Of a stretch of DNA of 64,000 nt, positions 13,714-25,431 are shown in pieces (position 1 is the stretch's first letter; each line of letters opens with the position of its first letter). The DNA is from the human T2T-CHM13v2.0 reference genome, Homo sapiens, in the NCBI RefSeq assembly GCF_009914755.1, contig NC_060926.1; one strand, 5' to 3'. Position numbers and translations under genes: made by a program. The notes below the pieces were generated by a model. That model saw only the letters and a program-made list of their open reading frames with translations. It had not been told where the DNA came from and made no database searches.

Positions 13714-16613
13714 TATGTAACAAGCAATAATGGATATACAGTAGACTCTTATGTCAGTCAACAAGTTTCTTTTTCCTAAAAACTTGTGATGATGTGTAGC
13801 CAAAGGAATAGTTCTGGTCTGAATCTTCTTCTAGAAGAATCTTCTAGAATCTAGGACTTCTTTTGTATTTGTGTCTAATACTTCTCTATTTTGTCCTAGA
13901 ATGTTTGCTTTCTGCTTCAGGATTTCTATTTTAATTGAAGGTAGTCTATATCTTTGTATCTACACCTGCTTGCAAATGTGTTTTTTAAGTAGCCTTACCA
14001 CTGTGCTATGCAATACTGACTGCTTTTTTTTTTTTTTTAACGTTTATGGAAATGGCAATATGACGCTGCACTTCCCTGTTCTCCAACACAAGCCATTTTC
14101 TTACATAAACACTGATCTCTGACTATTAAGGTAATGGGAAAATGGTTTTAAACACCTTTTGTGGGAAGAGTCACTTCTGCTTACACATCCTGTATCGTAT
14201 CATTAAACATTCCCTATGAAACACTAGCTAAGGGGCATTACTATTTAATAATTTCATGACCATCATTATATAGTGTTATTTTTGACTTGCACTATAGTTT
14301 GCAGGTTGAATTGCTTTCGAATTTAATATATAGCCCTTAAAATTTCAGTTTTGATAAAGTCCCATATCATCATATTTTAAGTCTAAACATCTTAAAAATC
14401 TATTTTAAATGAAACCTTCATATATTGCCTAAAACTTGATGGGTTTTGAGTATGGTGTCTATGTTATCACTGATATCATTAGTATAATATTTATGTCAAA
14501 TTAACAAATTTCCTTCCTTTCTTTGTGTGTCTTGCAGTAACTTGTCCATGTTTAAGAGCTGCCGAATGCTCTTTGAACATTTTGTTATATTAGCAGTATT
14601 TGCATTTACAACTTTGGCAGGAAGCCATCCAAATTTGGAGATAGGCTACCCATGTTTCTTGCTCCTTTTATATAACACTGTCTAAATAGTCTTGCTGTGC
14701 TGAAGAGATGACATCTATGAGCTTTTGGAATCTAGTTGCCTAAGGATAAACTGAGTTTGACTTCATTAGTGCACAAATGATAGGTTTGTGTAGAGTTATT
14801 ATAGCATTAATCAATTTGATGGATTGGAAATATGACAGAACTGAAGCAGCATGTAATATTAGTGCCTATTATTCTGGAAATTATGTCTTCACCTACATTC
14901 ATGTGGCAGAGGAGTCATGTTGTACATCAAGAAGGCAGAACTTAAAGAAACAAACAACAGAGGGCATCTCTTTTCATGGCCCTTCTCTTAATCCTCTTAT
15001 ATTAGATCATCGAGAGATGGACCTCAGAATTAGACTAATTTTTTTTAGGTCATAGCACTTTCATACTTTGAAATACGTTGATTTGAATGGAATAAATAGA
15101 TACATAATCCTAACCTAATATTTAAGAGAATACTACAAGTAATATATAAAGTCTTTAAGAGACTTACGGGTATACTTATGTGAATTTATTGGTTAGCAGT
15201 CATTTCATTAAAAATGATAATGGATTAATAGTAAGAATATTGTTTTTTTTGTATTGGTTGATAAAGCTTAAAAATAGGTAACTTAAAGATAATTAAAATG
15301 AATGAGAAGCAAATACTTATTTTTTTGGGTCACGGGTGTTGCTTTATCATGTGTGCATTTCTAACATTTATGCATTATTTATTTTATGGCTTTCAGAAGT
15401 TCAAGAATATGTGTCACTTCTTTTTGATTTTACTTTGTTCTCCAATGTAAATACTTATGAGTTTCTTTGAGAAATATTCATTTGCATAAAAAAAACTCTC
15501 CCACTAAAGCCTGAAACCTTAAGCAGCATCTCTTTTGCTCCTGGTAAAGAAGACACTAAATATAGAATAATCAGGGCCTGGGCAAAATTGGGAAGTAGGT
15601 AAAGAACTAACTGGACTTTTAATAACTAATTGGATATGCACTTAGTTATGAGGTGCTTTGATATTTGCTTTATTTCTAGGTATTCTTTTTATCTGCAGTA
15701 TAGGGATATATTTCTTCTTTATAAAAATGATAAAAATTTATTGCATCTTTTGTTAGAGAATACTATTAGAATAGTAATTCTAATTTTAAAGGGTGAATTA
15801 ATGTAGGTCACTAGGAGTACCTTAGAGTAAGTTATTGCTTTGGTATGAAAGTGGTACAGGAATTTCTTTATCATGAAATAATTAATTTCTAAAAGGTGGG
15901 TAGTTTAATTTAGAACTCTTATAATGAAGATATTAGCTTAAATGATGCCTATATAAAATTTAATCTTGGTTAATTTAAATTTCATATTTTGGCATGTATT
16001 ATTGTAGATGTCATCTTCAGTTTGGAGTAATTGAGAAGCCAAGTTTTTAATAACCTTGGGACCACAAGGAATTTTTCACATTCTAGGAATTTACCTACTA
16101 GAAAGAGAAATAAGATATTGACATAACAATATGATAGAGTAGAAAATGATATATAAGAAAAATGCAGACTGCTATGGACAGTATAGATAAAGGAGAAATT
16201 AGATTTGCTTAGTCCTAAAAGCCTTTTTGATGGATGTGGCATTTAAACTTGGTTGAGAAAGGTATAGGATTTGGGTATATGGCAGTGAAGGAGTATTCTG
16301 AACTTAAGGGGAACAATTTGAGCAAAGTCACAAAGATGAGAAAGTATGAAGTTTGTGGGGGAAATTTGAAGTACTCTGGTTGATACAAGGGTCATGTTAG
16401 GGAGGTAGTAGGCAGGGATCCCCATTCTCCTCACTAATTCATGTGTGTTCCCCCCGCAAGCTTTCTCCTTGGTCAAAAAGGATGATTTTATCAGAAGAGA
16501 GCAAGACTCTTCCTTGCTCTAGAGTACATGAATGACTGGGTTTCCTGCAAAAACTTCAAATAAGTAGTTATTTAATTAGAACGGCATTCTCCAATGTGGG
16601 ATGAGATGTATGT

Positions 16614-16918
16614 AGGAGCAAGGGGTGATTACTGACTTTGTCTGACCTTGGGAAAGAGAAGAGTAGAGAAGAAGTTGTCCTTTTGGATTTTGTCTTTTCC
16701 CAAACCAAGAGATCAGCTTTTTATAAGGTGTGGATAATAATTCTCATGATTCATAGATTTACATATGAAGACAGTTATAGAGCTCATTTCCTAGAATGAT
16801 ACCTACATGGTTGATTTGTAGATTCATTGCCCAGTTTAGGATTTCAACTTTGGGCACTCCTAGGGAATAACTAGTTTTTTTTTTTTTTTTTCCTCTCATG
16901 TCATGCTTTACATGTAAT
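16614..16918 (+). repeat. Local duplication block A, copy 1 (copy 2 at 18580-18890)
   Basis: Shared AGGAGCAAGGGGTGATTACTGACTTTG ... CATGATTCATAGATTTACATATGAAGACAGTTATAGAGCTCATTTCCTAGAATGATACCT ... TTACATGTAAT. Confidence 0.95.
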
Positions 16919-17499
16919 ATGTGTGCAAGACAACCCTTTGAAATACAGGAAGAAAAACATAAATTAACTATATATTTCTTACCTTTGCACTAACACTAAA
17001 ACTGGAAATCTCTTTCTATACAATGTTTTATATTAAATATATAGTTTACATCAGATGTTACTGCTGTATCACTCCTCAGTTCAGCTTATCTGACAAACAG
17101 TCTCACTCTTCCCCTTTCCATTTCCTATGACTCTAACCCAAGAATCACCATTTATGAAAATCTCATGTCCTTATCAATAAAAATTTGAGCATGCAGGCCT
17201 GAATTTAGAAATCATAAAGTTGTTAATTGCTGAGCCGATATATCATGCACATTATAAAACATACACTAAAAAAGAAAGTAGAGTTAAAAAAGATAAAATT
17301 CAAATTCCAGGAATTTTAGGCAGCTATTTAGTATTTTTTTGAGTTGTGTTGTTGGTTATAGTGTTGAAGTTGTTTGAGTAAAGTTTATTTTATTTTTTAT
17401 GTTTTGCCATGAATTTTTCTTATCTTCCCTGCTACATTCTTAGCCTGAATAGTACAGAGTAATAACAACAATGATGATAGTGCTAATAATGAAAACAGA

Positions 17500-18160
17500 T
17501 GTTTATTCAGCAACATTTACTGATTACCTGCTATGTGCTAGGTTCTAGGGATGAAATGGTAAGCAAAAATCAGACGTGAATGCTGGATTGATGGTGCGTA
17601 TTTTCTCATGGAGAAGATAAACAAATACTTAAATGTAAAAATACAGACGGGGAGTGCATGCTGTAAGAGCTTGTAAAAGGAGTGTTTGAACTATTCAAGG
17701 AGGTCAGCGAAAACTTCCCTGTGGATAGAACTGGCTACATAATTTTTAAGGCCCAGTGCAACATGAAAGTGTTAAAATATTATCCACTTTCAAGACTGAG
17801 ACAGCAGAACATTAAACCAAGCAGGGGGCCCTTCCAAGTGCAGACCTTATGCAACTGCACAGGTTACACGCTCGTGAACCTGGCTGTACCTGAGGAAGTA
17901 ATTTTTGAGCTGAGATGTGACAATACCATAGGAGGATAAAATTGTTCCAGGCAGAAGAAACTGCAGTGGGGAGAGTGGTGCATTCAGAAACTGGATGAAG
18001 GCCAGTGGGGCTGGAGTGCAGAGAGTCAAGGTTAGGGATGTGTGTGTGATGAGGTAGGCTGATAGAGAGGGTAACTTGAAAGGCTAAGTAGAGCCCTGTA
18101 GGCCATGTTGAGGATTTTGGTCTTTATTCCAAGAACCACACATAACTATTGATGTGTCTT
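17500..18160 (-). mobile_element. L2 fragment
   Basis: attcagcaacatttactga...tgtgctagg; ttccaggcagaagaaac; gtaggccatgttgaggattttgg. Confidence 0.7.
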
Positions 18161-18579
18161 AAGCATAAAATTTACTTTTGATGTGGTGAGAATACCAGTA
18201 ACTTGCACTTTGACAGCATTGGACAACTTTCTTCCTCAGCCTCCATTTCTTACCAACCCCTTTTTTAGAAACTTTCAGTCTCACCTTCTGTGTTTATTCT
18301 AAGGCTGTCCCTTCCTTTAGGTGTGTTTAAAATGGCACTTCACACCAGGGTGATAGAAACTGAAAATAGGTAGAGTAGGTGAGTCATGACATTTTATTTA
18401 CTATTGAAGTAGTTTGTGGTCTAAAACATTTCAGGTCAACTGAAGAAAAACTAGTAAAATATAAAAATGTTTTATTGTTGTTTTAAAATGACTTTCCTTT
18501 TAAAATGCCACAGATTTTTAAAATGTATATTGTCAGCATCATGATTTTAAATCCTTAATCTCCTCTTTTACACATGCTC

Positions 18580-19490
18580 AGGAGCAAGGGGTGATTACTG
18601 ACTTTGACCTTGGGAAAGAGAAGTGTAGGGAAGAAGTTGTCTTTTTTTGTCTTTTACATAATAGGTATTCCCAAACCAACAAATAAGCTTTCTTTCTGTT
18701 AGATGTGGATAATAATTTTCATGATTCATAGATTTACATATGAAGACAGTTATAGAGCTCATTTCCTAGAATGATACCTGCGTGATTGATTTGTAGATCC
18801 ATTGCCCAGTTTAGGATTTTCACTTTTGGCATTCCTAGGGAATAACAAACTAGAGATTTTTTTTCTTTCATGTCATGGTTTACATGTAATTTACATACAA
18901 TTTATCCTAAAAGGTTATTTTTTCAGTAATTTGCTGATGTCAGCTTGTTTTTGTTTCCTTTTATTTAAAAAACTGTTATACAAGTTAATTGGGTTCTTAT
19001 TGAAATTTTACTTTGTTAAAAGTTGACAGCAAAATAAATTTTGTTTCATTGCTGTGTTGGTATGTGTGTTGAAATTCAGTAGCCCTTACGTATATGTGTA
19101 ATATTGTGTGTAACAGCATACAAAACTATGTGTAGTTCATTATTTACTTGATGTTTTCATGGCATTATCTCTAAATACGAGTTTAATTTTGTGTAGCCCA
19201 AACCAAAATAAACCTAAAAGTCACATTTGTTATTTATTGTAATAATACTGTGTTTTTCTTTTTATTCTAAAGCATAAGTATTCTAAAGCATAAGTAAAAG
19301 CAAATTAAGGAGTTCTTTTTCCCACTCCAGGGATTGCTTTAGAACATTTTAAATGATCAGTCTTAAGAAAAAAATGCTTCACATGTATAAATTTCTTTTA
19401 AAAAATCAGCCAGAATTACATATTAAAGTTATTTGTTGCTATGTCACAGAGACTAAAGTAGTATAAACACAATTAGAAATATACCAGTTA
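18580..19490 (+). repeat. Composite duplicate: block A copy 2 (18580-18890) fused to block B copy (18894-about 19490)
   Basis: Direct sequence identity to 16614-16918 and to 21455-22025. Confidence 0.95.
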
Positions 19491-19517
19491 CTGTGTAATT
19501 ATATGAGCTCTGTCACT

Positions 19518-19927
19518 GATACAGTTTGGATGTTTGTTCCCTGCAAATCTCCTGTTGAAATGTAATCCCCGTTGTTGGAGGTGGGTCCTGGTGGAGGTGT
19601 TTGGGTCATGGGGGTGGATCCCTCATGAATGGCTCAGTGCTATCCTTGATAGTGAGTTCTCTCTCTGTGTTCACATGAGATCTGGTTGTTTAAAAGAGAG
19701 CGGCATCTCCCCCCCTTCTCTTGCTCCTGCTCTTGCTGTGTGTGACACCTGCTCCCCCCTTTGCCTTCTGCCATGATTGTAAGCTTCCTGCAGCTCTCAC
19801 CAGAAGCAGATGCTGGCACCGTGTTTCTTGTACAGTCTGCAGAACCATGAGCCAAAATAAACTTCTTTTCTGTATAAATTACCCAGTCTCAGGTATTTCT
19901 TTACAACAGTGCCAACAGCCTAACAGA
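19518..19927 (+). mobile_element. MST-type MaLR solo LTR
   Basis: tgatacagtttggatgtttgttccc...gccatgattgtaagcttcctg...aattacccagtctcaggtatttcttta. Confidence 0.88.
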
Positions 19928-20404
19928 ATCATGTAGGTGATGCACTTAAGTCAGTGATATTTATATTCTCTGAGCTGCTCATAGGTAAGATAGGCAGCTG
20001 TTCATTCTTTGTATACTCTACCATTTCTTGTCTACTGCATGATAAACTGCAATTCCTAGCTGCTGGCTATATGGGTTTATATCAGTCTACTTGCCTTCTC
20101 TTTTTAAATCATAGGTTCTATTTGTGATGAAAACACTGGATGTTTTGGTAGAGTTACTTTCTGAGAATTTATTTTCAATAATGATTTCTGAGTTGAAACA
20201 GAGTTTATGTCTTAGATTGAGTGAAATATTCACCCTTTTCACCTATTTCCAGCTTTAGATTCTTAATAAGAGAGCTTTTGGTATTTGTAGGAAGCTTCTT
20301 TAGTCTTATTTGCAGTGAAGTAATATGTTGCAAACTTTCTATTACTTTCATATTTGTCTTTTGGATGAGATCTGGAGAATCCATGGGAGTGATGATGAAT
20401 TAAC

Positions 20405-20699
20405 TTTTTTTTTTTTTTTTTTTTTCCTAAGACAGAGTCTCCCTCTGTCACCCAGGCTGGACTGCAGTGGCGTGATCTTGGCTCACAGCAACCTCTGCCT
20501 CCTGGGTTCAAGCAATTCTCTGCCTCAGCCTCCTGAGTAGCTGGGATTACAGGCGCCAGCCACCACGCCCGGCTAATTTTTGTATTTTTAGTGGAGATGG
20601 CCATCTTGGCCAGGCTGGTCTTGAACTCCTGAGCTTTTGATCCACCCGCCTCGGCCTCCCAAAGTTTTGGGATTACAGGCGTGAGCCATGGCACCCAGC
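20405..20699 (-). mobile_element. Alu (S-like)
   Basis: TSD GATGAATTAACTTTT. Confidence 0.95.
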
Positions 20700-20847
20700 T
20701 GATGAATTAACTTTTAACTGAAATTACTGACCACATAAATTGCTGTTCATATAAGAACTCTGTTACATTACAGAGTAGTGAAGTAGCTTCTGATTTATCA
20801 GAGAACACTTAAATCATATTCAGCATATGTTTAATGCTAGTGTATGT

Positions 20848-21004
20848 AAAGGTTGGTGCAAAAATAATTGCAGTTTTTGGCATATCGTTTGTTGGATTCT
20901 TCTTTGTAAAAGCCAGAAAACATCAGAATCACCAATTTTAACACAGTAATACAGGTTTAATACAGTTTTTGGGGAAAAACGGCAATACTTTTGCACCAAC
21001 CTAA
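20848..21004. mobile_element. MADE1 (Hsmar1-derived MITE) with about 85 bp of internal insertion
   Basis: TIRs AGGTTGGTGCAAAAATAATTGCAGTTTTTG and AAAAACGGCAATACTTTTGCACCAACCTAA|TA. Confidence 0.9.
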
Positions 21005-21454
21005 TACTTAATTGTTTTAAAAATTTGTAATGCATGCCTAGTATGTGCACAAAATAGCTAACTAAGAGTTAAAATTACCACAATTTTAAATTAGAATATC
21101 CTGTTACCTTAACATAGATGATAATATTGAGTAAAACTTTAATTAGCCAGCATGTTTAGGGAATTAAATGGTAGGTTTAATCAAATATCTTCTTTCTTTC
21201 TACAGACAATTAACATCAACTGTATGCAAATCGTAGTACAGTGTGGGGTACACAGATGCATATGACACATCTGTGCCTCCAAGGAACTTGATTTCAATAT
21301 TTATTCTTTGAAATTTTGTGAATTTTATTACTATGCTTTATTGCTAGTAAGATTAATGTAATGCATATAATTGAATCTTTGATGATTTAGAATTTTATAA
21401 CGAATCTCATTGTATTGTTTTTAGTATAGATGTAAGCAATATAGGTGTGCTGAC

Positions 21455-22025
21455 CATACAATTTATCCTAAAAGGTTATTTTTTGAGTAATTGGCTAATG
21501 TCAGCTTGTTTTTGTTTCCTTTTATTTAAAAAACTGTTATACAAGTTAATTGGGTTCTTATTGAAATTTTACTTTGTTAAAAGTTGACAGCAAAATATTT
21601 TGTTTCATTGCTGTGTTGGTATGTGCGTTGAAATTCAGTCCCTTACGTATATGTGTAGTATTGTGTGTGACAGCATACAAAACTATGTGTAGTTCATTAT
21701 TTACTTGATGTTTTCATGGCATTATCTCTAAATACAAGTTTAATTTTGTGTAGCCCAAACCAAACTAAACCTAAAAGTCACATTTGTTATTTATTGTAAT
21801 AATACTGTGTTTTTCTTTTTATTCTAAAGCATAAGTAAAAGCAAATTAAGGAGTTCCTTTTTCCTATTCCAGGGATTGCTTTAGAACATTTTAAATGATC
21901 AGTCTTAAGAAAAAAATGCTTCACATGTATAAATTTCTTTTAAAAAATCAGCCAGAATTATATATTAAAGTTATTTGTTGCTATGTCACAGAGACTAAAG
22001 TAGTATAAACACAATTAGAAATATA
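21455..22025 (+). repeat. Local duplication block B (about 570 bp)
   Basis: Near-identical to 18894-19483. Confidence 0.95.
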
Positions 22026-22985
22026 TCAATTATTATCAAATCTCATATATTTAGTTGCTGAGAGCAAATGTAGTTATGTTATTAAAATGGGTGATTCTGA
22101 TGTTTTATGGCTTTTACAAAGGAGAATCCAGCAAGTGATATCCTGATATCCTATATATTCTGTCAGTGGAGCCATTGCTTCTTAAGTGCAGTTGATTAGA
22201 CAAAATTCAAATCTAGTACTTTTCCCAAACACTGGGAGGTTGGTAATATTCTCTTTGTAGCTGCAGTCTTCTCTGGATGAGAGATTAAGGGTCAAGTCAA
22301 GTTTCATTTCAGGCCTAAAATTATCTTTACTGGCATTATTTCACATTGTAGGTATGTAATGCTTCATCATGCAACTTTGCTCTAATTGTGTTTGTGGGGT
22401 GGTGTTGGTAGGGTCAAGGCAATGAAATCTTCTGGAATACAACAGGATTCCTCTGTATTTTTAAATACTGCCAGATTGTGGGGAAAGATGGACAGCTTGA
22501 TACAGATATATTTGATTCTTTCTTACAATGTCTGCTTGAAATTTTACTTTGTTAAAAGTTTGCCGTAAAATATTAAAAATATTATTTCACTACAATTTTT
22601 TGTAGTGAATTAAACATCAGTATCTTTTTATACATATGAGTAATATTTAGGATATGTCTGTGTTTGAAAGAAGCTAAAGGAATTGTAGCATATGAGCTAT
22701 TTTGTTTTTTTTATTCTCATTTTGGATTGGGCAAGGTATCTTCCCCTCTTCCCCATTAAAAAACAATCACCAAACAATAAACCAAACATGCTTTTAAAAC
22801 AAGTTATCTAACCTACTTATACAGGTTACCATAGAATCTAAGATAGTGTGATTAGTTGCCATGTATAAGTCAACCTTAGCAAATGACTTTAAATGCTGTA
22901 GGCAAATGTACATGCTTATTAATTTGGTTTGTTATTGATATGTTTTTGCTTTATGTGCCTAATTATCACTGCCTTGTTTCCATAG

Positions 22986-23033
22986 CTGCAGAACCTTGGC
23001 CTGAAAATGCTACATTATATCAGCAATTGAAAG
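22986..23033 (+). CDS. MTX2: Metaxin-2 coding exon 2 (48 nt; (A)AEPWPENATLYQQLK(G))
   Basis: Acceptor ttgtttccatag| and donor AAG|gtaagt. Translation matches the metaxin-2 N-terminus as I recall it; phase 1-1. Confidence 0.97.
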
Positions 23034-23974
23034 GTAAGTCTTGTTCACAATTAAAAATGGCTTTGTATCAAACTATATTTATTACGGAAAAATCCTCAGT
23101 AATACAATTTACTGCAAAGAGAATATAAAATGTAAAGAAGGGATTCCCTTGTATAATTTGTCTAGGAGGTTTTACCTGAACTTGTATCTGCCAGTGTAAA
23201 CCAACTATTCATGGCCTATAAGGTCCTTAGTTTATTATTGACTCATTATATTGGCTGCTGTAGGCGGTGTAAAATGATGTGGTTGCAGGAGCAGTTGGCA
23301 GATTTACTGCACCAATAGCTGAGACAGCAGATTTTTGAAGTCCTGTGGTAAAGTGGGCTCTCAGTAAAAAGGAACTGTTAAAATGTATAGGCTAGGATGG
23401 TTCAGGCTCCCTTTAGCAGCTCTTCATATATCATCAGATCACATTATGGACCCCATTTGGGGCTTAGCAGCCTGCTACAGTTGTCAGAAGACTGCAAAGT
23501 AATGAAGACTAATAGGCAGCAGCCCTAGTCTTCTAAGCATGGAATTTTTATTGCCACGAACTTGTCATCTTTCTTTTGTGTGACGGACCTAGACACACTG
23601 TGCAATATTAACTGCAAGCTGGTTTTATATTATTGTGAATGCTTTTACTTTTAACTAGAAAGGTTTCACCAGATTTTACTTAATTTTAATGAAGAGGAAC
23701 ATTTCTTGAAAACTTGAAAAATGAATTGGATTTTAAGTAAACAATTTTAATTACATTGCTGATAAAATAAGTGATCAAATAGTTTTAGAGGAAACTGTCC
23801 TAGTTTATCATTATTTGTGATAATTTAATCAAAATTATAATTATATATTAACATTGATATAAAACTTTAGAATTTAGTGGTAGGCGATACCTTTGAATAA
23901 ATAGAAATACTTTTTAAAAATAAAAATACTATATTCTACTTGGTTAACATTTATGCTTCATTGTATTTCCACAG

Positions 23975-24021
23975 GGGAGCAAATTTTACTTTCTGACAAT
24001 GCAGCTTCTCTTGCAGTGCAG
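23975..24021 (+). CDS. MTX2: Metaxin-2 coding exon 3 (47 nt; (G)EQILLSDNAASLAVQ)
   Basis: tttccacag| ... CAG|gtaaat; phase 1-0, continues the frame from exon 2. Confidence 0.97.
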
Positions 24022-25196
24022 GTAAATATGTAAATAATGTAATATCTTTTTCACCCCCTAGGTGGTTTGCATCATTTTGACTTGCAGTTATATTTTTCCC
24101 CTTCCAAAATGTCTGATACTATATGTTTAGATTTTTTTCTGTGTGATTTACCATTATCTATATAACATTGCTTCTTTGTGAAGAATAATTTTATTATGTA
24201 ATATTATTCAGTTAATTGTCAGTATATAAAATAAACATAAATTTTTTTTTTTTTTAGAAATCACTTTTATGTGGTAGGCACATTCTGTGTCTTAGCAGTT
24301 GTTTTGCTTTTGGCTGGATATGATGGTGTTGATTATTTGGGGTGATATGTTCATTTGTGGACTCACAATTATTTTCTAATTCGTTAAGATTTATTTATCA
24401 CATATTTTTAAGCATTGTTTTGCTCATTGCACTCATTGGCCTCTAGCTTTTAATCTGTTTGGTAATCCTGTAGCAATGTTCTGGTTCTCTAGCCACTCCT
24501 CATATATTTATTGATTACATGAGTGTTTATTATCCCCAAACCATTTATGAAATGTAACAGCTCTTCAAGTTGTATATAACATTTGTATAATCCAAAAAAA
24601 ATTAGTGCCCCTGTAAACTTTAAGCTGCATTATAGGAAGAATAGGATACTTGGGGATGGTTTGCTTAAAAAACAATGTTTATGATGTAGGTTATGGAATT
24701 ATAGTTATCCAAACATTTTGCATATTTAGCTGCCATTTACTTAGCTTGTGTAGTTTAACATAGGACTGAGCATGTAGACTGTATCCACTAAATGTCTGTT
24801 GTATGAATGGTTTATAAGTGTGGTGAAAGTAGTCATGCCTTGATAACCAATGTAAAAGTAAATGATTTGCTGTGTATAAAATAATATTTTCAATCTTTAT
24901 ATCTTTGGAAAGACAGTTTGAAGGCACTGTGAATATTTTAGTTGAAGCACTGATTCTTAACCCTTTTAAAATTGCTATTTTGGGGATAACCCTTTCAGGA
25001 TCTGGCAAAAGCTATAGAACATTTTAACAGAAAATATAGCCAGGCTATTCTGCATGTGGTTTCAGTAGGTTTACTGATTTCCCTGCTGAAGCTATCGGGA
25101 TCCCCTAGGAAGAGCCCCTAAAACTACATAATACTAGTTTAGGAAGTGCTGAAGTAATTTTCATCAAATAGAAAGGTATTTTGGGTAGGAATAGAC

Positions 25197-25431
25197 AGTG
25201 GTTTCCAACTGGGCAGCTCTTTAGTACTCCCCCTACCACCACCCTGTGACATTTGACAATATTTAAGTGTTTTTGCTCGTCAAAACGGTTGAAGGGTTGA
25301 GTGCTATTCTCATCCATTGGGTAGATGCCAGAGATGCTGCTAAAAATCCTAAAACATACAGAGTGGTCCCTGCACAACAAAGAATTATCCAGCCCCAAAT
25401 GTAAATAGATTTGTCAAGGTTGACAAACCCT
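25197..25431. mobile_element. MER20 (hAT-Charlie)
   Basis: cagtggtttccaactggg...gatgctgctaaa...aagaattatccagccccaaatgt...aaaccctg. Confidence 0.85.

Noticed and set aside
14505-14540. Strong-looking acceptor tttccttccttctttgtgtgtcttgcag
   Set aside because: I could not pair it with a convincing nearby donor, so no exon is called.
14777-15055. 92-aa ORF in unique sequence
   Set aside because: No recognisable homology or splice context; the region is better explained as non-coding regulatory DNA.
22883-23128. 81-aa ORF overlapping exon 2 (and 63581..63790 extending upstream of exon 10)
   Set aside because: Intronic read-through flanking true exons; only the spliced portions are coding.
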